From Jimgerdemannia flammicorona (Eukaryota), in the NCBI GenBank assembly GCA_003990765.1, contig RBNJ01000141.1, positions 1 to 39,453 of the forward strand: DNA of 39,453 nt. Direction: 5' to 3'. Position numbers and translations under genes: made by a program. Numbering within the stretch: position 1 is the stretch's first letter; each line of letters opens with the position of its first letter. The notes below the pieces were generated by a model. That model did not search any database, was not told the DNA's origin, and saw nothing but the letters and a program-made list of their open reading frames with translations. Positions 1-11,200 of this stretch are shown here, in pieces.

Positions 1-28
<28 letters not shown>
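1..28 (+). repeat. poly(A) run truncated by the window edge; possibly the tail of an upstream retroposon
   Basis: 28 A residues at window start; the retroposon family in this window has similar tails. Confidence 0.5.
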
Positions 29-31
<3 letters not shown>

Positions 32-140
32 ACTTATAATACTTGCAAGTAACTTCATTTTCCTCAGTTTTGGTACAGTATTGCCAAACTTCAGAATGAG
101 GAGTATAGTGTGGAATATTATTTAAAGAAGGCTGGATATT

Positions 141-141
<1 letters not shown>

Positions 142-192
<51 letters not shown>

Positions 193-1342
193 GACTCAAG
201 TCCTGCGGATTTTTATTGGAAGGAAACTTAGACTATATAGGCCAAAACCCTCCCCCACCACCCATCAAGCACTGCCCCCCCATTAACCTAGGCTAGCTAT
301 TATCCAACAGCTCAACTATGCCAGGCACAGCAGGGCTTATATTGGTCCATACCTCATTCTGTACACCATACTCTCCCTACCACCAGGGAAAACTCAGCCA
401 TACACCAATGACCAAAAGCACATGCCCAAGAACCCAACATATGTATAAGGCCATACCTGAGCCAAATAGAATAGCCCCTGCCACTCCAAAGAGAATGATA
501 TGCAAAGAAAAACTCTCATCAAAACACAACATAGTAGATAGAGCCTGGTTCTCCCAGTCAAGATGAGTAAAGAACTTACACATGAGGTGAGAGGAGACCC
601 CCAATACTCTACTACTCAAGCCTGTGGGCCTCAATCACATTACCATATCAGCTCTCAGTTCCAGTTGAGTGCAGCCAAGATGCCTAAAATGGGTAGCCTT
701 GGGCCCCCCAACCCCTCCTGATGACTGGGGCCTAACCCACCAATCTGCCAAAAGAAGCCAAGAGTGACACCTACCACCTAACCATACTGTACTAATCAAA
801 AGGCCCCACTGAAGCAGCACCTGCCCCAGCCCTGATGACTGCCCCCAGCCTGGCACCCTACTGATTCACCATTATCACCCTTTCTCCTATCTGTAACAGC
901 CATCTCCCCTCCCATCCCAATAACACCTGAAAAGCAGTCACCTACATCAGAACTGTGCTCACTGGGAAGCTCGCCAAAGCCAGAGAGCTCCACCACAGAC
1001 ACCAAGGACCTGCAGGTAACCTACACTGAGCACTTGATGCCCAAGGTCAGCTGACTTCCTACATAGCCCAAGATACACTGAGACAACACCTTGTTGGTGA
1101 TGGCAAAAGGAAGAAGACACTGCACCAAAATGAATATACTCCAGATACAGCCGAAGGCACCAGAAACCATGAAAAAGTGGAGAAGATACTGATCTGACAC
1201 CAATAAAGAGACAACTCATCACCATTGCCTTCCCCCCACTGCTCTGCAACAGGTACAGCAAACTAACCCAAGGTAGAGGGAGTAATAATTATAGAAAGTA
1301 GACTTGGAAGATTACCTACCAAACCATTGTGACCAGTAAGGT
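142..1342 (-). mobile_element. Non-autonomous poly(A) retroposon (SINE-like family A), copy 1, nearly full length
   Basis: poly(T) 142-188; body is the reverse complement of 30269-31419; 15-bp TSD gaaggctggatattg (127-141) / gaagactgaatattg (1343-1357), differing only by G>A. Confidence 0.93.
721..1206 (+). pseudogene. Decayed ~161-codon ORF antisense to the retroposon poly(A) strand
   Basis: ATG 721 to TAA 1204-1206 in one frame; same 486-bp span in copy 5 (30889-30404, minus); all internal stops revert by C>T/G>A transitions; many C-ending codons. Confidence 0.5.
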
Positions 1343-1549
1343 GAAGACTGAATATTGTTTAAAGAAGTCTAACTTGAAGTATCACTAGTACTGAAAAATA
1401 CTAATAACTGATCTATTAATATTAATATTGATATAGTATATATATATATATATTTACATTTGTGTTTATGAACATACCTATAAATATTTTTCTCTCTCAT
1501 TCTTCTGTTTATACATATAAGCAAATCATATAATAAGTTTCATTTATTT

Positions 1550-1734
1550 ATAGAATTCAAATCAGATAATTTAAATCTAACCAAGATTCAAATTCAATGA
1601 TTCAAATTTGGTAATTCAAATTTGGTAATTCAAATTTAGTAATTTGAATTTAGTGATTTGAATTATCAGTTTAGAGGTTTGAATTAGAGCTGTTATAATT
1701 CAAACTAGTTCAAACTGACTTGTTCAGAGCACTA
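1550..1734. mobile_element. Probable terminus of a hAT-type DNA transposon with subterminal repeats
   Basis: Array of ttcaaa/tttgaa motifs (mutated TTCGAA), including 14-bp tandem attcaaatttggta, ending cagagcacta (reverse complement TAGTGCTC, like the end of the 22812 MITE); partner end not found in window. Confidence 0.4.
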
Positions 1735-2399
1735 GTCATTTCTATGAGAAATATATAAAAGAATCTATTAAAGTTACAAGTGAATATTTTCTAAATCTCT
1801 TCTTCAACAATTATTACTACAAAGTCAAGGCCTTTCTAAACTATAAGAGATATTATACTAACTAAAAAAAATCTCATCTCTACTACTGAGTTCTCTATAT
1901 ATAGAAAAGATAATTCCACAGTAAGGATTACAAACTGCTGAACTTAGCAAAGTCTCTACCACATCATCTCAACTAGAAAAATAGTTAAAGAAATACTCAA
2001 GCCTGATACTAGTAGCCCTAGTATTACTTTAGATCTACTATTAAGAATATTAAGTCTATTAAAAATCACTACAGAAGACCTAGTGATAACTTTATCAAAA
2101 CTACCAATCTATAGACTAGTTATTAAGTTTATCTATCTTAGTAATATTATAGAAGAAATAACTATATATTATACTGTCTCTAAGATAACAGTATCTGAAG
2201 AAAGACTACTATCATCTCACTATACAAGTAGTAGAATAATATCAGCAAATGAAAAGATAGTAGCTCTGACTGACTAAGTAACTATACTTATCCATACTCT
2301 TTTAAAATAAAAATATCTACAAAAGATCTCTGACTCATATTATTTAAAGATAAAGTAGACTAAGTAATAATATTTATAGGATAAGTTGATATCAATTAT

Positions 2400-3135
2400 C
2401 ATATTAATAGATGAAATGACAATCAGAATCCAGATAGTACTCTCAACAATAATGAGTACTATAAGATTGAAGATCTCTATATAACTACAGACTTATAAGT
2501 AGAAAAAGTTTTCAACTATTTTATAAATACTGCTACTCAGTAATGATATAATCTCTCAGTATACTATCTTATTTAAGAAACTTATGCCAAAATTAATATA
2601 AATAAAGAAGATAATAATTACTCTAATATGAGGTCTATTCAACTATCATGGACCTAAAGGCGCCAATGATCTAGCAATTCTGCAACTCTGTCTACATCAC
2701 TAAAGTCAGAGAAAGTATTTGTAATAAGATTAGAAATTCTGCTGAATACTATAGGAGCAGAATATAGCTAATGAGAACAAATAGTAAGTAGAACCAGAGT
2801 AGTATACTTCTTTAATACCATCTCTGATGATTATCAGAAAAGATTCAAGAGCAAGAATGACTCTATAATTATCTATATAAACAATAGTACTTAGAATAAA
2901 CTGTTATTAGAGTATATATTATCTTAGAACTTAAAGACTAAGAGACAATAGAAATAACAATAAAGGAGACAAGTAATATCAATTCAAGAAGAGATATAAA
3001 TCTCAGAATGACTTCTCAAAATTACAAAGAAAATTTCAGAAATTGTCTAATAAGAAAATAGAGAAACTTATAAAAAAAGAAGTATGTTTTTACTATAAAA
3101 AGAGAGGATATATGTCTTGTAAATACTCTGAAAAG
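2400..3135 (+). pseudogene. gag: G1 gag remnant with CCHC zinc knuckle
   Basis: ~3082-3130 reads CFYYKKRGYMSCKYSE, a mutated CX2CX4HX4C; start approximate. Confidence 0.65.
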
Positions 3136-3254
3136 AAGACTAATATGAATAAAGAACTATCCTCCTCACACACTATCACTATGATAGAAGATGATTCCAA
3201 AAGAATCTCTGAAAAAATTAAGTTCAAGAGATTCTACATTACTATAAAAATCTC

Positions 3255-3630
3255 AAATAAAGTATATAAATCTGATGCTGGCTATAACCTCTACTCAAGT
3301 ATAGAAATAACCATTAAACCAGACAAGTAAGTAACCATTAGTATAGATGTTAGAATAAAAATCTCCAAAAGAACCTATATTTATCTTATAGAAAGAAGCA
3401 GTCTGATCAAAGAAAAAAGACTCTATATAGCTAAAGGAGTTATAGATCAAGAATTTAAAGATAAAGTTAAGGTCCTGCTATATAATACTAAGCAGAAGAT
3501 AGTTGAAATCATATGTGAAAAAAAAATCACCCAAGTCATTTTTGAGATAATTTGTAATAACTTTAAGTTGAAGAAATAAATGAACTATTATTCTTTGATA
3601 GAGGTGAAAACCCTTTTAGATTAATAAAGA
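3255..3630 (+). pseudogene. G1 dUTPase domain, between gag and protease
   Basis: Motifs SDAGYNLYS, RSSL, GVIDQEFKDKVKVLL and C-terminal DRGENPF match trimeric dUTPase motifs. Confidence 0.85.
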
Positions 3631-4261
3631 AGTATCCTGACAAAGCTAAAGAGAAGAGCAAGATATAGAAGATTATTTAGATTGAAGAATCTCAAGACTG
3701 AGCCCAGAAATAATATCAGTATATTACTAATAGATATGTCTCAGCAGAATAATATTCTCATAGAATTAAGATATACTCTTTCAAATATACAAGAGAATAT
3801 ATTATATATATTCTTAAATTCAAGAAGTATAAGCTAACTATTCTAGAATAATAAGATAAAGAAATCATAAATATTAATAATAAAGATAGAGATATACAAA
3901 ATTGAGAAGAAGAAGTCTCTCTAGAAATAATTACTATCTAGTAAGAAGGTAATCTTAAATATATCTACTGTGATAGTTGATCTAAATTAGGAATATGAAT
4001 CAGGAGAATAGATATTTGATCATAATACCTAAATCTGATACCCAAATATAGTATAGTCTTATAAATAGTAGTATTTTACAAATGTTAAAGTTTTCACAAA
4101 TGTTAAGAGCCTGTTTGGTTCAAAATAACGTTATTTTGGGTTATATGGCATGAGAATTATTTCTGGATTAAAATAATTCTAATGCTCAAAAGATCATGCT
4201 ATTACTGAACACTAATAATAAAATTATAGTGTTATTTTGAGTCAGCTACAACCTTGCTGTC

Positions 4262-6380
4262 ATGTCTTCTCCAAATGCACTGCTGCCTCTTCTACAGCAA
4301 TTCACTACTATCCTCTATGACATCCAGCCTAGCCTCCATAAACTCATTTACTTGCCACATTTCCTCATACTTCTTGTCCACATTGCTGCTAAGTATTCAC
4401 TGCTACTATATAGAAAGCAGCTATATAATATGTCTCCTCTATCAGATACTCTTTATTTTTCAAGTTACTATTTTTAATAAGAAAACTTGCCAATTAATAC
4501 ACCACCATCAGGTGCTCACTATGTGGAGGAGTTGCTGATAAGAAATACATGATGCATTAATAGTGTTTTGCAGATACTCCTTGCCACATTTCAGTATCTA
4601 TGTTATCTTCTGGAGACCCATAAACTCCTTAAGGAGTATCAGATCATGAGTATTGCTGAATAGGTTGCAATTTTCTTTTGGGTTATTAGACACAACATGT
4701 CCAATAGACAGATGATGGAGTGCTTCCAGCACAGTAGAGATTGATCAGTACAATCTTCCACTTAGTTCTTAAGGCATTGGTGTACCTTGCTCCTGACTTT
4801 GTATGTCTGCCACATTCAAACAGCTGGCCTCCCAAAGTGAGGGAAAACTCAAAGTTTTTTCCTTACTTTAAGAACTGCATTGGTATGCTTGATGGTTTCC
4901 ATATTCCTGCTTTAGTATCTGCCAACTTAGTTATAGTATACAGAAACAGAAAGGGGTTCACTTCACAGAATATACTGGCAGTCTGTAATTTCAACATGAC
5001 ATTTTCTTATATTCTGAGCTGAGAGGGTTCTGTGCATAATGGACAAGTCCTTAAAGATGTACTCAGCAAAGATCTTTTTATTCTGGAAGGCAGGTTCTAT
5101 CTGAGAGATACTGGTTATAGACTGTTGTATCAAGTCCTTACTCTCTACTGATGCATTCAATACCACCTTCATAAACAGAGAAGTACTTACATCAAGGGAG
5201 AGCAGAGGACAGATTGTCAGAAGTTTAATTTTATTTATTTTTTTTTATTTTTTACTAGGCAACTGCCAATTTGTGACTGCAAATGAAGGAGGAGCTCTTC
5301 AACCTCAGATATGCAAGTCTGAGAAATATGGTGGAGCAGACCTTTGGAGTGCTAAAATACTGCTTTCCGATCTTGAACACATAGATCATATATTTGCTAG
5401 AAATGCAAGCAGACCTCCTACATGTATTGGCTTGCCTGTATAACTTTATCATGCAACATAATGGCCAAGATGATATATTCTTCCAGGAAGAATTTGCATG
5501 AGACTTAGAGGAGTATGAAAATAGGAAAGGATATTGGGTTGAAGAGGATGATGGTATGAGGGTCCTCAGTGCCTATAGTGGGGCCCTCTGGCTTTGACAA
5601 GCTTCCTGGTAAGTGTGGTTCTGGCATAAGTAACTGTTTTTTGGATATTGTCAAGATGGGAGGGGAGATGGCTATTACAGATAGGAGAAAGGATGATAAT
5701 GGTGAACCAGTAAGATGCCAGGCTAGAGGCAGTCATTGGGGCTGGGGTGGGTGCTGCTTCAGTGGGGCCTTTTTATTGGTACAGCATAGTTAGGTGGTAG
5801 GTATCACTCTTGGCTTCTTTTGGTGATTTGGCAAGTTAGGCCCCAGTCATCAGGGGGGGTCAGGGGGCCTGAGGCTACCTATTTCAGATGTCTTGGCTGT
5901 ACTTAACTAGAATTGAGAGCTGATATAGCAATGTGATCAAGGCCTACAGGCTTGAGTAGTGGGGTATTGGGGATCTCCTCCTGTCTTACATATAAGTCCT
6001 TTACTCACCTCAACTGGGAGAACCAGGTCCTACCCATTATATTGTACTTTGATGAGGGTTTTTCTTTACCTATCATTCTCTTTGAGGTGGCAGGGGCTAT
6101 TCTATTTGGCTCAAATGTGGCCTTGTATATATATTGGATTCTCAGGTATGTGCTTTCGGTCGTTGACATATGGCTGGGTTTCCCCTGGTAGTAGGGAGAG
6201 CATGGTGTACAGAATGAGGTGCAGGCCAACATAGGCCTTGCTGCATCTGGTATGGTTGAGCTGCTGGACAATAGCTAGCCTAGGTTAATGAGGGGGCAGT
6301 GCTTGATGGGTGGTGGAGAAGGGTTTTGGCCTATATAGTCTAAGTTCCCTTCTAATAAAAATCCATGGGACATTGAGTCC

Positions 6381-6421
<41 letters not shown>

Positions 6422-6495
6422 ATAGTGTGAGTAAATGGTAAGATGAAATTGCCCATCAAATGTGGGAAAATTATTAGCAATACTAACAACAATAG
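4262..6495 (+). pseudogene. PIF/Harbinger (HARBI1-like) DDE transposase, interrupted near the C-terminus by retroposon copy 2
   Basis: Motifs FFPYFKNCIGMLDGFHIP, YRNRKGFTSQNILAVCNF, EGSVHNGQVL, ELFNLRYASLRNMVEQTFGVLK, CLYNFI; probable intron ending at tttactag 5258. Confidence 0.9.
5561..6418 (+). mobile_element. Family A retroposon copy 2, 5'-truncated by ~350 bp
   Basis: Aligns from 30600 of copy 5; poly(A) tail; 13-bp TSD atgatggtatgag (5548-5560) / atgatagtgtgag (6419-6431). Confidence 0.93.
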
Positions 6496-6539
6496 GTATG
6501 TCTTATTGATTGCACTTTTTTATTAAATCACATACATAA

Positions 6540-7627
6540 CTATTGTAATTGTCCTGAAGTGTCTTTATTTATATTGTTAATCTCCTCTTTTAACCAAATA
6601 TTATGCATCTTCCCAGTAGACATTACACAGAATATTATCATATTTACTTCAGACTTCATAACACTATAAGCTTTGGTTATGTCTATACTATTTAATATAT
6701 TACTGTACTCTTTATAGAGGGCAAGGATTGCATCTTGATGGATACTGGGACTTATCAGTGACAGTACCTTTGCAATATCAGTCAGCTGGTCAATGGTAGA
6801 GGTAATTGCCATACTAGAGTTAGTTTGCTCATGTTTTTTGGAAGTGGTTTTGTGGGAGGGAGTAGTGTTGTGGGAGGAAGTGGTGGTAGAGAAAGTGGTA
6901 ATAGAGGAAGATTTGTTGGTGTTGGAGATATTTTGAGAGGTATCTTGAAGCTCATCTTCATCTTTGGAGAGTATCTCATTTCAAATTTGATGCTTGTTGG
7001 TATTGGAAGATGTTTGAGAGAAGATTGATAATTGGTGCTCATTTTTATCTTCAGAGAGCATCTTGGTCTGAGTGTAATACTGCATGGCCTGGCCTTATAT
7101 AGTGGTATAATGGCCAGTTTTCCCTATTGTCCCAAATAGCTCATTAAAGTTATTATAGTGAGAAAAGGCCCTATTTCAGAACTTTTTTGCCTGGGGGTAT
7201 ACTTGTAAACATAGAACAAATTAGAAAAGATAATATTCAGCTTGCAGAAAGCCTAAATAATGAGTATTTGCACCTTTAAGTAATCATTCCACACTTTTGA
7301 AAGAGCCTCCACTGTTTGTACCTCCTCATTCCAACCAAACCCACTCCTATTCTTTAGGTAGTTGAATGTGCCATAGTCTAACTTAAATGACTGGTGAAAC
7401 TTCGACTTGATCTGACTGATATTGATCAGCTGGTCAAAGTGTTCTGAGCATTGTTTAGCTATTGAGACCCATGTCTCTGGCTTGAAACTATTTTCAGTTC
7501 TTTTTCTACATCAAACTACATTAAGCAGCTGAGAGATCAGGTAGTTTTCCATTGTCAAGTCCCATTGGAGATACAGTGCCTTCTTCTTTCCTTCAGAGTT
7601 TTCTTTGGCAGAGGTAGTGGGGTTCAT
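6540..7627 (-). pseudogene. PIF/Harbinger second gene: Myb/SANT-like DNA-binding protein
   Basis: Minus-strand translation LQWDLTMENYLISQLL..ENSFKPETW..LKNRSGFGWNEE..VWNDYLK, GT-AG intron ~7273-7202, then PQAKKF; convergent with the transposase. Confidence 0.85.
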
Positions 7628-8299
7628 GGAGGTAATGGATTCATAGAGACAAAGACGAATATAACAGGAAGTAGTAGAGGTAGTGAAAATAACAGTCAAA
7701 ATATAGATCCGAACCTATATTTCAAAATAAGGGGTTATATATGATTTTGTGTAATATTGTGTTCTAATGGTGATATTGTACCAAACACATTATAATTTTG
7801 CTGTGATATTTAAAAATAATGTTATTTCGAAATGCAGGCATTATTTTCTAAACTAACACAACTGAACAGGCCCTAAACTCTTTACAAATATTGAGATTTT
7901 ACAGATATTAGTTTTGATAATCATCAAAGATTTAACAGATATCAAGGATTAATACTTATAAAAAGTAACTTATATATATATAAATATCCTCAGTATCTAG
8001 AGTAAATAAACCTCAGATTGAAATAGTTCAAAATAAAGAGAAAGCAAAAAAAACTAGTAAGTCTGCAGACAGATATACTTTGAACTCACCCACCCCTATA
8101 TTCCAAGGACTCTGCAGAGTCAAAGAAGATCAAGTTTTTAAAATATAGAAATCTGACATACTTTTATAGTTATATATCTGCTACATTACAACTTGGTATA
8201 TATTGGCTGGTAATTCAAGATAAATTTCTCACTTTTAAGCTAAATAATAAATAACTGCTACTATCTGAATAACTATATAAATCAAATCAAGACATCTAG

Positions 8300-11200
8300 A
8301 CAAGATAGATATAAGACTACTAGTATTCTACAGATATACTTCAGATGAATCAATCATTATCTTTATTGATGATTTCAAGTAGTATACTACTATAAGGATT
8401 CTGATAGTAAGACAACAAATAGTCCTCATGCTCTTTAGTCTCTGAGAACCAGTAAGAGTAGCATTCACAGCTGTAACTTATATATAAAATAATAATAATA
8501 CTATACTAGCAGCACAGAAGGCCTGGCTCCAAACCACCTACTATATAGAAAAGATCAAGAAAGTACTAAAGGATTAGCTCAATATAATATATCAAGAAAT
8601 GAGTGAAGATCTAAATACATTCTACACCAGAATCTAATATTAGATAATACTTACAGATTATGCTACTGCTATTTAAGATTAAGTAGCAGAAATAACTTTC
8701 ATGAAAGGAGTCTACCCAGAGATAGCCCTAGCTATCTGCTCATCACCAGTAGTCCTAGATCTAATACAGAAGGTCACCTATGCCCAGTGATACTGAATAG
8801 CCAGACATCTACAAGACTATATAATGGAAAGAGTTACTAGAGTTAGAATCAAAGCACTCAAGGCAACTAGTATAATTTCTACCATAGTAATCAATTGAAA
8901 TACACCTCAGCTAAGAGCTATAGAGCAATAGTAAAATAGCAATCCTATGGAGGAATTTGCTAAGAGGTTTGCTGAAATAACTACTTATCTTGAAGATATA
9001 GTAAAGAAAATTCAAAGAAGAGACTACTGCCTAGTTCAGAAGTTTGCTGCTATCTCAGATAAGAAGAGAGATACCTGCTATACTTATAGAGAAGAAGGCC
9101 ACTACTCATATAAATATATAAGTGAGACCAAGTACAAAACTCAGCCAAGCAATGCTATAAGAAACAAAGAATAGGCCAATACTATTACCTTTGAAAAAAT
9201 TGGAAAATTAGATGAAAAAGAATGAGAGGCCTACTCTGATAGATTACTAAGAAAGATGTTCAAAAGAAACCCTACAAGAGACCACCAGGAAGACCTAAGA
9301 AGAACTCTGTGGAAAAATAGATGGAAACTACTACAGAAAGCCAAGGTGAAGAAATTGATCAAGATACAGAGCTGGAACAGGCTGTTCAAGATATCATTTG
9401 AGGAACTACCACAGCCAGTAAAGGAGAAAAAGAGAAGAAGCTTCACAAGACCAAAACTTTTAAGTATAATATCTTCAAGGACCTCAGTCAACAAAAGGTC
9501 AATACAACCTTTGGCCAGTTGGCAAAAATATCTATATTTAGACAGTAAATGAGATATGAACTTGCTGAGACAACCAAGAAATAAGGATAGAAGATAACTG
9601 AGGCCAACAATGTTCAAAAAGACTCTAGAAAAGAGAGTGAAGATAATTGCAAGATATCTGTCTATACTATCTATCAAATCAAAGATAGAATCTTTGAGGC
9701 TCTCATTGATACTGGAGCAGAAGAATGTCTCTTTAGTAAGAAAGCAGCAGACTGTCTAGGTTGAGAGATTGAGGAAGCAATCAAGTTGATATTCATCATA
9801 GCTGATAGTACAAAAGCTACACTTCTGAGAAAGATCCAAGATATTTCTATCAAGTTTGGAGGAGCAACCATCTCAGTAGATATGATTATAACTAATACTA
9901 CTAACTATGACATTCTTATCAACAACCAGTGACTTCATAAAGCCAGAGCAATAATTGACCTCAATGCCTCAAAGATATAGATCATCTACTAAGATCAGAA
10001 GATATAAATTCTCATCAATATCAACAAAAGAGTACTGCCTAAAATAGAGAAAGAAAAAAGCAAACAAAAAGAAGTCTATATAGTGACTACTCAGAAAAAG
10101 AAGAAGAAAGTCAAATGGATTAGTAAAGAAAAATGGTGTAAAAGAATCATTGAAGGATATATACTACAAGGAGTCTGCTCTCACAGAATCAAGATATACT
10201 ATATGAAATATATTGATAATTGCTATCAGTATATCAGTAGAATTAAGAAGATCTACTATGAAAGAATATAGAGAGCTCTTGAGAAATAAGCAATGCTAAA
10301 AAAGGAACAGAAAGAGGATGACAAACCACTAGCTCTCCTAGAGAATAGTAATTATGAAGAAGAAATCTAGGTCAAGATTTGAAGGATCCACTTTGATACA
10401 GTTCTATCAGAATATAAGTCAGAGAATACAACTGGAATGAATATTACCACAGTAGAGGAAACTATACTGGAGCCTCAGACAACTACCCTGCTTGCAACTG
10501 GTCTAGAAATGACTATCTCAAAGAACCATATTGGGATCCTCAAGATAAGAAGCAATATGGCCAAGAGTGAGATTATTATTGAAGGAGGTGTTATCAATTC
10601 AGACTATATTGGAGAAATACTACTTATTGCTTAGAACTACAACTCTATGATTCTGTTTCCAATTAAGAAAAAAGACTAATTGATACAGATATTGAACTTC
10701 TCAGTTCTTCAGCTAAAGATTATAGAAGTGAAGAAGTTGGAGGAAACAGAAAGAGAAAAGAAAGGATTTGGATCCATAAGAAGAGGAGTATTTATTAGTA
10801 CTAAGATCACTGAACTGGATTATAAGAAGGAGGAAACCACAAATAAGCATAGTTATACCATTAGAAATTAATTCTCACTCAAGAAGGAATACATGAAGAT
10901 ACTTTATAAATTTGAGGATGTTCTAGCCGCAGACTTCAAGGATATCAAAGAAAAGACTCCATACTACTATTATGATATAAACATAGGAGATACTGAACCA
11001 ATTTATCAAAATACAAGGTCAATTCTACTAGCCTATTGTGGATGGCTCAGAGAATAAATCAAGTAGATGAAAGAAGCTAGTATCATCAAAGAAGCCAGTA
11101 GCCCTTAGACTTCACCAGTTGCATCAGTCTCAAAAAAAGAAAGCAAACTAGGAGAATTTGCCCCAAGACTCTACACCAATTACAAGAAGCTAAATCTAGC

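Larger units (their letters stand above)
4107..7873. mobile_element. PIF/Harbinger DNA transposon, complete autonomous structure, decayed
   Basis: 14-bp TIRs gagcctgtttggtt / aactgaacaggccc, TAA TSD (4104-4106, 7874-7876), two convergent genes. Confidence 0.95.
3969..8190 (+). repeat. G2 5' LTR, split by the PIF insertion (3969-4106 and 7877-8190)
   Basis: tgtgatagttgatc...ctacattaca; removing the PIF element restores caaatgttaa|actctttac as in the 3' LTR. Confidence 0.92.

Noticed and set aside
796-1005. Sense-strand retroposon ORFs (796-1005, 5569-5793, 377-634, 5952-6191, 30288-30551, 30998-31231)
   Set aside because: Gly/Val/Cys-rich translations typical of shadow frames of the antisense ORFs; no recognisable domain
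1590-1680. 14-bp tandem repeats, and similar ~18-bp repeats in the G2 LTRs, as a CRISPR-like array
   Set aside because: No unique spacers, eukaryotic context; explained as transposon subterminal or LTR repeats
9231-9677. 148-aa minus-strand ORF and other minus ORFs within G2 (9674-9871, 11682-11933, 12796-13038)
   Set aside because: Antisense shadows of the A-rich gag-pol
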